In this document: positions 48,938-63,416 of the stretch, in pieces
Layout: each line of letters begins with the position of its first letter
How positions within the stretch are numbered: position 1 is the first letter of the stretch
DNA from: Eledone cirrhosa
Taxonomy: Eukaryota
Reading direction: 5' to 3'
DNA length: 64,000 nt
NCBI GenBank assembly: GCA_964016885.1
Contig: OZ024742.1
Coordinates: 114,266,001-114,330,000, forward strand
Notes under the pieces: model-generated
Seen by the model: the letters and a program-made list of their open reading frames with translations, nothing else
Told to the model about the DNA's origin: nothing
Databases searched by the model: none
Made by a program: the position numbers and the translations under genes

Positions 48938-51434
48938 TCGGTGAGACAAAATGTGGTCTTATTTAGTAGATGGATAGATGGCTGAATAAATATTTGGTAT
49001 AGTGTTTACGTGTGTGTGATAGTTAGTGTAACGCTGTTCTATATGCCATTACATTGTTGCTCTTCTCATAAATGTCATGAAAAGATGTATATTTTTGCGG
49101 AATGTGGTTTAAATGCAGAGGATGAATGATTTAGGTTATTTTGAGGTTCTAAATTCCTATATAAATCAACTTTGCATGGTAATTATCAATGCATAAATGA
49201 ACGGTATTCACTCCTAATTCAATAATAATGTTCTTATCTCTTATATGTTAATGAATGTGTTGATTTGTTATGTATGCAAATCGTATGTTTGTTTAATTCC
49301 CATGCTTACCATTCGTAGTGTTAAAATATCCCATGAAACTAGTTATAATAAGTGTTCGTTAAATCTTGAACGTTAATTTTAATTCATACTCTTTCTGGCA
49401 TAATATTATCTGAATAAGGAATGTTAAACAATAAAATACTTTCTGTTTACCTGTAACTTTATTCGGTGTCTCTAAATAATCTGTGAAAAATATGTGATAC
49501 ACTGCACAACAGAAATACTCAGCTTACTAAATTAGCTTGTTACAGTTGAACATTATATATTCAAGCCAAAACATGATGTAATATTAGCTCTCACGTTTCT
49601 ATGTCTGTCAAGTTTTGCCCTAAAAACTCAAACGGTGAGGAACTATCTATGCACACTATTGCGGGAATACATCTCATTAAAGCAATGATAAAAATGATTA
49701 CTTTTGTAATTAATGATTCCACAACTGTTCTGATGATGGAGCAAATGAATAAAAAAAAATGCTTCCGTTTATATTACAATCAAACGTATTTGCAATGAAA
49801 TTGTTTTATTTTTCCTGTTTTCTTTTGCCATGTAAAATAATGACATAGAGATAACAAGAGTGAATATTCTCCTTTGTTCGTTATTTCCCATTGTAATCAT
49901 ACGCATCATGCATCTTAAATGTGGCAAATCTGTATATACGTCCGGTACTACTGTTCAAATGTAATGCTTACTGCGTGTTCGCCTTTCTGCCTGCGTGAAT
50001 ACGTGCATGTGCAATTGGATGAATGCAAACGAATAATAGAAGACAGAGAGGAAGCAAACATGAAGGTGACGAATGAAATTTGATTAGACACAGCAGCATA
50101 TCCCGTCCCATCTAGTTATCTATATGAGAATATTCAACTAATCAATCGATGTCTTTTGAGAGGAATATATATGTTGATATTACTTACACACTGAAGTTTC
50201 ATTTGGTGTACTAAATAACCGTCACCAAGTAAATTTTGCAGGATGCTTAGAAATGATTGAAACTGCATAAAGTAATTTCTAAAGCATGAATCGTTGTGGC
50301 ATTTACTTCTGTGACTACGAGGCACATACGGACCTCAGTTGTTTTTTTTAAATTATAATAGTACATGGGTTCTCTGAGTATAATTCTGGTGACAAAAATA
50401 ACATTTACTATCTTCCATCAATTATTTACGTACATAATTTCCACTAAGTACTTGTATTATCTATGCCATTGGAATCCTGGAATCAGAATGAGGATGTAAG
50501 GTAAGGTAGCGTAATGATGCATATTATAGATAAACTATCACCGATTTGTTGAGAATAACAAAAATAAATAAATATAACAATTCGACTTAACGACTTACAA
50601 TTTCTTCATTTATGGCAACTGATTGAAAGACATATGCACAAATAATAACTTTAGAAATCTTATAGTCCAAATTCCTAAAATTCCCGGGGAAATTATACTG
50701 TTTATATGAATATGGTGAGATATGTTTTCGACCGTTGGAATTACAGTTTAATTTGATGTAATATAGAGTGGAAGATAATGCAAATAATTAGTTGCAATTT
50801 CCCAATCTACTGTATCAAATATTTACACACAACTAAGGAAGATATTTCAATATTTTAAATAGGTTTTAACAGATGACTTACACAATAACTGATCTGCTAA
50901 GCTACAGCCAAATGTTTACTTGTTTTGTCAAGCAGCTTGAATCAAGCTCTTGCAAATTAAAGAAGTCTTAAATATTTCAAAACCTCTAAAAATTATGGAT
51001 AATCATGAAAAAATGCATTAGAAGCAACGCCTGCAATATCATAATAAAATAACATAGGACACTGAAAGAACATGCCACTACACTACAACTACGGATAAGA
51101 CTACGAAAAATATGAAAGTGCTTGTATATATGTGTCTGCCTGTACATATATATGTTGATGATTCGAGGTCATTTATACTAAAGTATCTCATCGAGACTTT
51201 TAAGGAGCAACATTAAAAATATGCGTGTGACATAACAATTAATGGAAACGGGATGATTGAGTTATATTTTTCTTTATCTCAATATTTTTTGTTCATGCAA
51301 CTTTATGTTTACGAAATAACTCCCTGATGGCGTCATAACTGTTACATAACAATAATCATTGAAATATGTGTAAAAGCGATTGTATAGCAAAAATTAAATG
51401 AGTTAAATTCTAAACTGTTGACTTCTACTTCATT

Positions 51435-51621
51435 GGTGGATTGGTAGTATCGGTAGAGGTTCAGACGCTATGCTTTGACGCATAGAGTTACGGCCATTGC
51501 CATTCTGAGTTCAAATCCCGCCGAGGTTAACTTTGCCTTTCATCATTATGGGGTCGATAAAATAAAGTACTAGTAATACTCTGGATAATTGCTGGCCTTG
51601 TGCCAAAAGTAGAAACAATTA
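51435..51621 (+). mobile_element. SINE, near full length
   Basis: Same family as 914-1085. Confidence 0.85.
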
Positions 51622-51641
51622 TATATCTATTGTATATCTAT

Positions 51642-51677
<36 letters not shown>

Positions 51678-51739
51678 AGTATATATATATATATATATAT
51701 ATATACTATATATGTATATATATATATATATATATTATA

Positions 51740-52525
51740 AAGTATGTCCATAGAATCATTTGATAATATATATATACACCATTTCCTCTCTCAATTAGCA
51801 TAATCAACCACACAAAAAAAAACAATTAAACCAGGCTATAAGATTGAAAGGCACCTATGAAGAAATAGTAGATTAATAAACGACAGCCATCTATTCGCGA
51901 TCAACCGCTATATAATAGTTACCCAACGTTTCAATAGCACGTGGAAATCGATTAACTATACCGTCAACCATACACAATTAGGTATAGAATTAAAGTTAGA
52001 AGAAAAAAATGCATATACCAGGATGACATTTCTACCCTACGTTCGCTTTCGGAAATATCCTATCATGGATAAATTCTCGACTAGAGTGCGACAAAAGCAG
52101 CAACTTCTACGTAGGTAGCACCCCCAGACCGCCATAAGAATAAAAGAACACCTCAATACTAACGCTTCCTCATTTAAGAAACCCCTAGTGAAATGCAAAA
52201 ACACCGACGAAACCATAACAGCTAGGATAGAAACTAAAGAAAGAAACCTCAACAATCTTAGAATTAAGGAAGCACTAATTATAAACAAAACACAACCACC
52301 AATAAATAATAGACTAGGACGCAACACCCAATGTATAACTTGATAGAGCATCTAGCCCCATACTTACACCCTCCTCACACACATACGGACACACACACAT
52401 GCGCACTAATTGTCAACAATATCGTTTGCATTTTTATTCTATGTCCATACCTGCATTGTTTTGGCTTTACAAATTCAAACCTTTTTACCTCATTACACAA
52501 TGCTTCAAGTGAACTACAACTTCCT

Positions 52526-52528
<3 letters not shown>
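51740..52528 (+). mobile_element. Degraded PLE (Penelope/Poseidon-like GIY-YIG remnant)
   Basis: About 52080-52340 reads LECDKSSNFYVGST...IRIKEHLN...LRIKEALIINKTQPPINNR. Flanked by (TA)n. Confidence 0.7.
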
Positions 52529-52595
<67 letters not shown>

Positions 52596-52829
52596 CTGTG
52601 GGTGCGTGCGTTGTGTGTGTGAGTGGATGTGTTTGCTTACAAAGGCAATTAACTCTATTTACCTTGTAACTTTCGAAGAAATTAAATCTATGGAAATGTT
52701 TATATCAGAACCCAAAGTTTAGTTTCACTGATCTTTCTCGCATTTCGATAATCCACAAATTATCATTTCAAATCATCTGTGAAAGACACCATTAAATGAG
52801 GATGATGTTGTTGATAACGGTAATCTTAT

Positions 52830-53012
52830 AATAATTGTTTCTACGTTTGTTATAAAACCACCAATTATTCCAGTGAATTACTGGTTCTTTATTTTATCGC
52901 TACCGTAATGACGAAAGGCCAAGTTAAACTCGGCAGCATATGAAGCGATATTGTAAATGGGCGTAACTCTATACTGCAATGCATGGCATCCGACCCTCTA
53001 CCGATACTGCCA
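52830..53012 (-). mobile_element. SINE (diverged)
   Basis: Reverse complement of the SINE family, ending ccgaccctctaccgatactgccaa. Confidence 0.75.
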
Positions 53013-56000
53013 ACGATGAAGAAGAATATGATGATTTAAATATGAAATGAATGAGGTGAACCTTTTCAGGTTCTCATTGATTACTTTCAGATATTTCGTC
53101 AGTTTACGTGGCATCATTCCTATTTGATATTCTCCAACCTATGCATCGTGAATCCTCATATTTTAAGAGTCTTAGTTCAAACTATAGGTATTGTTCTGAC
53201 ATACAATACTGTTAGCAAAGCTGTGCCCTTACATATTTCTTATTGTATTTCGATTATATTAATTAGCGCAATGAAAATAGTGCTTACTGATCAGCATTAT
53301 GGGGAGAAGATCAATTACGAAATATATGCCGGCAATTTTTGCAAAAAAGTTTTTTTTTGTTCACTAGTGTATGCTACAATTCATAATATCGATTAATGTA
53401 TGATTAGAATGTATTTATATCATTAATTTGGTGTAATTTCTTCGTTTTTGTATCTTTTATATTATTATAACATTTTTCTTCTATGACATTTAGAATCAAT
53501 ATTTTCATAATTCAAAAAGTAGTTCAAATTGTTGTGTGACTCATACATAATTTAAAGGTCTAGTTTTATGAATAGATACTTTTTTTCTTTTATCAGAGAA
53601 CTATGTAATCTTTCAATTTATATAATTAAGAGAATGAAAAGTGATTATAACATTAATATCGATATTACTGTAAAACCTGATGATGGTGTTAAACTGATAA
53701 TGATATTAAATGCGATAATGGCATTTAACAAAGAGATAACAAAGTACTTTCTAGAAGTAAATACTGGAATATCTCCAAATAATTTATAAGTTAATGCTTG
53801 GCTTCTTTCAGTTGTTTTTTTTAGGAAACTTCAAGTCAAATATAATTGTCTATCAGACCCGTGAAAGATGTATGATTTCATTTTTTTTTTAATCGAATAA
53901 ATATTAGCCGAATTAGTGTTGTCTGAATCAGATTTCCTACACTCATCAACAATCTAATTCATATATTTTGAAGAGAATGTGCGCAATATTATTCAAATAA
54001 CCTAAAACAGTACCATTTAGTTAGAATTGTTTCATACCATATTCAATTAAGTAATATGCCCTACAAATAAATATAACTCTATTTAAAACAAAAAAATTGC
54101 GCTCAATTATGAAACAAATTGAATTAAAATGTTTTAAATAATAATGTAATATTTGCAAGATTTCTGAATGAAAATGCAGATTCGAAGGCATATATGTATG
54201 TAGGACACATCAAATTCGGAATACATCCGAAACAAAATTGCATGATTGAAACGTTTATACAAACTATTCTTCGAACTATTGAAGAACGTTTTTTTAATTC
54301 ATTTCAGCAAATGACTTGTATGACGAACGTTGTTTTTGTGTGTAAAATATGGAATCCTAGTCGCTTTGAAATAACATTAATCATAGTAAACCTCATTCAT
54401 TTAGGTTAATATTTTCTTCGTAACTGTAAATAATGTACATACCCTTCGGCATTTAGTTAGAATAATAATTCCTAACTTAAACCTTTTCAGTTGTATTTTC
54501 TAATCATAAGATTATCTCGATCAATGGTTTTTCTGGTATGATCATTCTATGTTTACGGTGTACATAGGGTTATATTATGTGAACCGTCATATCAGTATAT
54601 TGCAACTATGTTTTCATGTTAAAGATATTTAGCTACACATTTGATTTCATGTCATTTGATTTGAATAGAAACCTTCTGTGCCATAATATTTTCTCTGACA
54701 CATGACATAATAAGTCATTGCATATAAAGAGATGCACCGCATTACCTTATACATCCAGGTTGTAAGTATCATGATATAATAAATAACATAATTATTACCA
54801 ATTATAGGAATATACATTATGAATTCATATTCATCATAACGAGTTGTGTAAATGTTAGATTTCGTTAAATAAAAGACCTAATGTGATATTTTAGTTGTTT
54901 TTGTTTTGCATCAAGTCAAACATGTTCGAGCTAATCTCTGAAGAAAAGCTAATCTATGAATGCATAAACGAGTTTCATATACAATATAATGCACTGTGGA
55001 TGGACCTTGCACGTATATATAGTTATTCAATTGGCCCCATCAGGGTTCCCCTATTTAGTCATATAAAATTGAAAGCTCTATCACTATCTGCTTTATGTTT
55101 ACATTTTCTAAAATAGCACAATAATTAGAAATGCATCTGTCATGTCCATCCCACCTTAAATCTTTCTAAGATAATCGTGACGTGTTGGATTCAAAACATT
55201 TTCTGGACACATGAAATCTATCTCATTCAATTGTCATATTTCTCACATACACACACGAGTGCCACATTCCAACAACATCATTTATTATAACAGAATGCAA
55301 CATCGCAAATACATCTTAAAAGACATGCATGTCTTACAAAACAGTCACAAGACTGTGACCTGATTCCCCTGTTTATGGTTATGCTATTTAATAAACAATA
55401 TGTGTACAGCAACCTACTTCTGACTCAGACAGTCATACTGGGGTTCGGTCCTCTCAAGGCGGGCTTAACTTAACAGCTTGTCTTACGCATTTTAACTGAT
55501 GACAATGAGAGGAAGAATCATATATATATATATATATATATTTAGTTACCTACCTAGCTATGTGTGCTTACACACTTGTAAAAGTTATCCCCTGTGATCG
55601 TTTCATATGTTTATTTATATGTTCATCAATTTCTAGTTGTTATGAAATGCTCGGACCTATTCATTTGAATATTGGAGGTTATTTTACGGGTGATATGGCG
55701 CATGCCTTTCTAGCATGACACCCATAATTTTGATTTAGATTAAATTCATTTTGATTTATCTTAATTTTGTATATATATATATATATGGGGGGTATGCGTG
55801 TGTGGGGACGGGGGTTTGGGGTGTCAGTGTGTGTGTGTGTGATGGCTTTCCATACACTAGTATGTTACACGGCAATATTGATGTGCGTCAAGTTAGAAGA
55901 AACATTTCATTACAAATTCTCATGATATATGCAGGAATAGAAAATATTCATTGACGTTTTCCGTGTTTCTCTGGTGATCGCCTTGTATTGTGTGTCATTC

Positions 56001-56927
56001 GTGGAAATGGAGAATGTAGTTCATATATGCTAAAATGTTAGATTTTCAATAACACACATAATGGTAAGGTAATTTATTATCCCATTTAGATTTGTTTACA
56101 AATACTATACCTGTTCCGGTAATATTGAAATGTAATTTCTGGTTTCATTAATCAAATATCAGTTTTCAATAAAATTGATACCAAAGTTACATATATTATA
56201 TAGAAAGCTGATGCATGTAGATATCTGTTTTCCTTGTTCGAATTCAAATTCAGTCATCATTACCTGCATAATTTCTGAGACAATCAACCACAAAACTAAA
56301 AAAATAGAATCCAGATGCAACCTAGCAGACATAGCGCCAAGATAATTAACAGTACAGAAAGATTTAATCTGAGAATAATCTGTTTTTTTCATTGAGTCAA
56401 AACAAGGATTCATAGAACTAGAATTATATGATGAATCAATGTATTGTTGCATCCTATTCAGGAAAATTCTCGGCAAGAATTATCACCAAACATAAGGCGT
56501 CTACTGTTAACATTGGAGATTAAAAGTTTTCTCATTTCTATTCAAACAATTATATAAAGGTCTTTTCCATAGAGAGATTATTTTCTTACTTTACCTCATA
56601 AAACATTCATTATCATCAACCTGGTATAGTGACTAATATTGCGAACATTATTTTAATAAATAAGGAGTTATGCTCTAGATATGCTTGCAAATTAATAAGA
56701 GGGAGAACAGGTATGAAGCTTCTTAGAAGTTATTTTTTACACCAACATATGCGTATGTGTGATAGAGAGCCTGTGTATACTTCAATATATGAACAAAATA
56801 TGTCTACATAACCGCATATTTATATCATATTTGTACGGTGAATTTCAACGATTATATACATTATATTACAAACTAGACCTATTTCAATCTAACAAGTACT
56901 ACTTATAATTAAGCAGTGCATGATTCG

Positions 56928-57042
<115 letters not shown>

Positions 57043-57779
57043 CGTGTGGAGGGGTTGTGTGGCTGTGTGTCAGTCCCCCCCCACACACACACGTACGTGG
57101 GCACAAAGCACAAGAGGCATGGATGTTACATTCATCGTCACTGTATTTCATATAGAATTATAATACAAAAAGAAAGTGACACTTTGTTCGCGTTTATTTG
57201 TACACAATGGTATTTCCGTTGAATGTATCACTAAACGTATATAACTCAACGTGCAATCGTAAACAAATGCCGTTGATACCTATTACCGTCGGAATAAAAT
57301 ATGAATTATATAACCTGTTTAATTATTAGGAATATAAATATCGGTTAGGTTGTAAATTTAGAGGCGCTGGGAAACAATACACCGAACGAAAAAAACACCA
57401 AATAGAAACAAATGAATCCATTTTCTTTCCACTGCAGGCTAAATATCAGTGCTCTCTATTTTGTTGATGTACAACATTGCACGGAAATTAAAGGAATTGA
57501 TATTTCTAAAGGAAATTGAACATTAATTTTGAGATTCCTTACACACAGGAATGTCATTTCCTTCCAAAGCTTCTAATTATATTAATGATTAAAGGGGGTT
57601 GTGTAACAATGGAGTTGTTAGATTAGAATTGTATTGAATCATTTATACGAAGGATACTCTCATTTTGTGAGAGTGAATGCTTTTGTAATACTGTTTATCT
57701 GTATTAGTTACTATTGACATTGTATAGTACTCCCTCTTTATCACTCTCACATACACACCCAAACACAAACATATCTCTC

Positions 57780-57872
<93 letters not shown>

Positions 57873-57904
57873 ATATGAAAACATGGCGTGCTGCGTGGTT
57901 GCAA

Positions 57905-58141
57905 ATGGGTTACATATGAATAAATTTAGTCCTTCATCACTGGTCTTCCAGCCTTCATTGGTATTTCATCGCTTTAAAGATCATATATCTCCAGTTGGTG
58001 CGAGCAACGGCTAAAGAAAGTCGTTGGGACAGTCCCACCGACTTTCTTTAGCCGTTGCTCGCACCAACCGGAGGTATGTGGTCTTTAAAGCGATGAAATA
58101 CTAATGAAGGCTGGAAGGTCGCTGATGAAGGACTAAATTCA

Positions 58142-58148
<7 letters not shown>
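57905..58148. repeat. Inverted repeat with arms of about 120 bp between (TA)n tracts
   Basis: atatgaat.aatttagtccttcatca...gaaagtcg / cgactttc...tgatgaaggactaaatt.attcatat, centred on tgggacagtccca. Confidence 0.8.
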
Positions 58149-58193
<45 letters not shown>

Positions 58194-58530
58194 CTGCAGT
58201 AATTTTGAGGACCGGACGAAGACAAGTGACAGCTCACGACTAGATGGTCAGTGGGCAGATTTCAGTGCCCAGAACTGTGATGACGTCACAAACGAGTGAC
58301 CATCCGAGAGGACGCGCAAACAGGATGAAGACACACGATATAGACTCAGAAGATCGGAACCCATTAGAAATAGAACCTACTTTGTAACCAACAGACGTAT
58401 CTGAATAACTTGCGAATCAAGAGTCAAGTCGATGCACCAGAAATCGCGGCTCGAGCTGTTCGTCGGAGAAACATTTGTAATAGGCAATAGATTGAGTTCA
58501 GAAGCATAACTGATTCTTCGTTTTCCATTT

Positions 58531-58575
<45 letters not shown>

Positions 58576-58951
58576 ATGTTTGTGTGTGCGTGTGTGTATG
58601 TGTGTGTATATGGTGTGTGTATGCGTGTGTGAGTGGTTGTGGGTGTATGTGTGTCTGCTTTTGTGTTTATAGATAGACACATCACACACACACACACACA
58701 AACACACAAACACACACACATATATATATATATATAATTTGCACTAGCAACAACATAGCATTATGCAATATACTGAATATACTAAAGCATACATTATATG
58801 TTTACAAACAATACACACACGAAACTCGCGTTAACAAAATCCTATTTCTTCGTTTTTATGGTGTATTCTTTGTCTTTAGGTGTTAAGAATACCACACATA
58901 CCCAGATCTCGTTGCTATGTAATGACTGTTGTCTATTATTATTATTGTGAA

Positions 58952-59140
58952 AGGCGGTGGATTGGCAGTATCGGTAGAGGGTCGGACGCTATGCTTTCCA
59001 GCATAGTTACGTCCCTTAATAATCTGAGTTCAAATCCCGCCGAGGTTGACTTTGCCTTTCATCCTTACGGGGTCGATAAAATAAAGTACCAGTAATGCAC
59101 TGGGTAATTGCTGGCCTTGTGCCAAAAGTAGAAACAATTA
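58952..59140 (+). mobile_element. SINE
   Basis: Same family as 914-1085. Confidence 0.85.
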
Positions 59141-59829
59141 TTATTGTGAAAGTTTGCTTCGATTTCAAATCTTATAAACATCCCAATATATCGTACGTAT
59201 TTTTTACCTCCGATTCTAGCTGTTAATTTGAAGAACATGTTTGTCATATGGCTTTTGGCGAAAAATTAACCTACCTGGTCAAAATTATATAAATAGAAGG
59301 TTCGATGTTCTGTAGTGGATGCTTGCCACATAGTTTCTGTCTGGATGGGTGTTTTACTGAACTTTCTAACGTTATTGTCATTATAGCGAATCTGCGGTTG
59401 GGTTACAACTTTTCAAAATTCAATTAAGAGAAAACAACGAAATCCAAAAGCTACTAAGATATAGTGGGATCGTGTTCACATTTAATGGAAGGACATGGCA
59501 GCAAGAAATTTGAAATAAGACATAGTAGATTAGGGGAAATCCTGGTTTGAAACGTTATATTCGCAAAATAGTGAATGCTACATCTGGCAGCAATAATCTT
59601 AAAGCATCAGGTGTAATTCACCTAGAGATTATGGACGGGATAATAGTTTAAGATAATTTAACATAGAAAGAGAATCATTTTAACATCTTAACAGCACAAC
59701 TCAGAACAACAAGTGTGGCAACAGTATTTCTGCTGAAAGTTCGTAAACATTGGCGATAAATTGTCCAGTAACGGCTCCAGAGCAGTTTATATCTCGAGGC
59801 ACGGATTGAAATTCAGATTATTGCTGTTA

Positions 59830-60620
59830 TTAAATGTTAGGGCGTCGGATAACTTGCTTTGCATCATGTAATTATGGTTTTTTACCTTTTGAGTTCACAT
59901 CCCGCCGAGATTAGCTTTGACTTTCCTCCTTAAGCGGTTGATAAATTAAAGTACCAATAAGGCACTGTGTTCGATTTAATCGATTTTCACCTCCCCACAA
60001 ATTGCTGGCGTTGAGTCAAGATCAGACCTCATTATCCAAATAAGAAACCATTATCATTGCGTGTGTCAGATAAATGCTTATTTTTATTTGTTCAGCTCTT
60101 TACATTCTTATTTCAACTCAGACCGACGTTGCCTTTAAATTTCATCATTACAGGCCCCGTAAACTTCAGAAGCATTTAACGCATTGACGTCGAATTATTT
60201 AAATTTCCATACACCGCTGAAATTTCTGCAGTTGTGCATATATCAAAAATCCTTATTAGAAAGGTAGATTGCCAAAGTTGTTAGAGCGTCGAATAAATCT
60301 CTGAGTTTAAATCACGCCGGTGTTAGCTTTGCCATTTATCTTTAGGGCTCGATAAAATAAAGTACCATTAACGAACTGTGCTTGTTTTAATCGATATTAG
60401 CCTTCTGTCTAAATCAGAAAATCTGATTAGAAACATTCATCCTATAAATATTTGTATGGAAAGTGACATTTTCTTATTTCTTATTGTCCTTACAGACTGT
60501 GTTCAAATCCCACAAAGGTCAACTTTGGCGACGTTCCTTTCGAGATTGATGAAATAAAGTAGCAGTGAAGGAATTGATCAATTCAATTGGCATTGTCTTC
60601 ACCTAAAACACGCTGGCATT
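59830..60620 (+). mobile_element. Cluster of 3-4 old SINE remnants
   Basis: gagttcacatcccgccgag...gataaattaaagtacc (about 59890), gagtttaaatcacgccgg...tcgataaaataaagtacc (about 60303) and gttcaaatcccac...gatgaaataaagtagc (about 60501). Confidence 0.55.
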
Positions 60621-62284
60621 ATCTATTAATCTGTAATAATTATTAATACGTTTGTTGCTCAACATGATGTTGTGTCCTACGCTACTTTGTGTAGTCTGGT
60701 GTACAATAGAGAAAGGTTTGCCATCTTTACACAATGAGGAGCAAGAAGAATCCGGGACATTGCCCGGGATTTTGCACAGAATTATTGTACATATTTTTCC
60801 TCCCTAATTGGAAATATATCCTGTTGGAAACGTACTGATATATCAGTTGAATACATTGTTGATTTCCTAAATTCGGGTACCACAACAGCAGCGGCAGAGG
60901 GTAAACTCTCCAAAGTTGAGGTTGCCAGAGCAATTAAAGAGTTCAAATTATTCACGACTTTTCGAGAGGATGACATTAGGGCAGATATATCAGATGCCGT
61001 AACTAATCCACTCAATGGCCGATACATGTGTGCAGCATGTCTTCGATCGCTGGAAAGGCTCTAACGGAAAGGCAATCGGGAGGGACAATCTGAAATTTTG
61101 AAAAGTTATAAAGCAGAGACACTTCCAAATTTAAACTAATCTATCTCCTAAACCCGTCGGTAAACTATTCAGATCGTCAGAAAAATCTAGCTGACGATCA
61201 ATGTAGTTTTCACTCCGGAATTAGCAGGTAGTAACGAGAATTCAAACGGCGTCAGGTAGTTGAGAAACAGTGGGAATATTACCAAGTATCACAAACCTAT
61301 TTTGCGGACATGAAAATGAAAACAAATAGTTGTATTCCCCAGGTCCTGATGTAATTGTCCTTTTTCTGCAGTAGTATGGATTCAAAGGACAGTTTCACCG
61401 TGTTTTGGATTCTCTATACGAATACCAATTTTTTTCTATTTGTTCAATTTAGGCTAAATCGAAATTATTCAGTGGGCTAATGGAATCTCAAAATATTGCG
61501 TGTTTCCTCGCTCCTATTCATAATACCCATCAACAACATCAGTATACGCAACCGTATTGGAAATGGTATCAAACCGGTGTATGTACGATCAATCGACTGC
61601 GTTGCCATTTCTATGGGACGTCGGCCACTACACACGCGGAATAATACAGGAAACGCACCTTACGCCATTACGTACACATTTATAACAACACCATCAATAA
61701 CCCAACTGGCCAAAACAATTATCACTCGCATCAGCAGTATTTCCGAACCCTACGACAAAAAAGACTAACCACAAAACGAAAACACATTACAGCAACAACC
61801 AAACATACAGACACCGATCATTCTCTTAGTCTGCAGAGCAATTGAATAATTGATAGACGTTTTAGCACAAAGTAAGTATATTGAAAGTGGGGAAGATTTT
61901 AGGCACCACTATGTTCAAAGTTACACAAATCCAAATGATGGAGTGCATGTCTGTCGAGACATTCAAAAACATTTGGAAGATATCTTCAAAAGGACATGGG
62001 AGCCCCTAATGAAAAAAACACCAGTAGGATATTGCTTGAGATCTAAAAATAATGCCAAATAGACATGAAGATTGAAGCAACCGAAGCCCAACAGCACCGG
62101 AATGTAACCCCTTTTTTCAACACTTTTGGCAAACATGTGAACATAAGAAATTGTTTTAGTAGCAATAGTAGTAACAGCATAAGCAGCAAGAATATTATTA
62201 TTATTATTTGTGTGTCTTTGTATTGTACCCGACATGTCGGCTCGTGTGGCCAATAAATGAAATCATTATTGTTATTATTATTGA

Positions 62285-62475
62285 AGGCGGTGGATTGGCA
62301 GTATCGATAGAGGGTCGGAGGTCTTGCTTTGACGCATAGCGTTACGGCCCTTTCCATTCTGAGTTCAAATCCCGCCCAGGTCAACTTCGTCTTTCATCCT
62401 TACGGGGTCGATAAAATAAAGTACCAGTAATGTACTGGAAAATTGCTGGCCTTGTGCCAAATGTAGAAACAATTA
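62285..62475 (+). mobile_element. SINE, near full length
   Basis: Same family as 914-1085, with a (tta)n tail. Confidence 0.85.
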
Positions 62476-63416
62476 TTATTATTAGTAGTATTGGGTCTGA
62501 ACGGGCGTCTTTTTGCTCGCTCTCGTAAGTTTAATTATTTACCTATCAAAACTTATTTATTGAATGTTGTGTTGTCGTGTAAGGCATACAAGCCCTTGGA
62601 CTTTTCCCTGTGAAGGGGAAAGTATAACATTTAGGCCATTTGGCCCAAATATTTGAACTTTTTTACATTTTAATAAATTATCGAAAATAAAATAAAAACG
62701 TGGCTGAGCCAGGCCCCCCAGCGGTATGTCTGCGACAACGACGTAAATGTTAACGGACATTGAAACAACAAACACAACCACACACAATGTGAACAAAGAC
62801 AGCAATGATAACAACACTGAGACCTCTAATTTTGAAAAAAATGAGAGTAACAGCGACAACCAAGATACAGATAACAGAACAAATGCAACAACAATATCAA
62901 CACCACTAACATGAAAACAAATAGCGACAACGCCAACGGTAACAACACGAACTGAAACGAGAACAACGGCGGCACCAAATAGAGTGATAACAACAACAAC
63001 ACCAACAAGAACAACGACAACAACAACAAGGCCACCAACGACAAGAAGAACACTTTCGCTGCGGCAGCAGCCAAAAAGAGGCCATGCTTCAACATGCTTC
63101 AACAAACAAAGATGAAAAGTTGGCCAAGGCCCTCGTAGCACGAAGTGAAGATATACAAAAAGAAGGGGACATTTTTAAATCAAGCACATTTCGCGTGCCG
63201 GAGATTTGTTTCTGGGGAGAATGTGGCTCGATATATACAAAGAGATACGAGACAGCTCTCCTCAAGACGTGGGTACCCTGAACGTAAAACCCACATCAAT
63301 GCTTTTAAAGAAGTTCCCAAAATATAGCCCACCAACTATGGAGGTCGAAACACTTGACCTTAAGAAGAGCCAGGAAGGTAAGTAAACCTTTCCTCTCTCT
63401 ATTTAGCCTACCAACA

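Noticed and set aside
56159-56476. 105-aa ORF with a hydrophobic stretch resembling a signal peptide
   Set aside because: It has no recognisable domain and no clear splice signals, so it cannot be supported.
61496-62062. ORFs resembling decayed LINE ORF1 (GNG...GRRPL..TGN)
   Set aside because: The zinc-knuckle residues are missing and the similarity is too weak to call.
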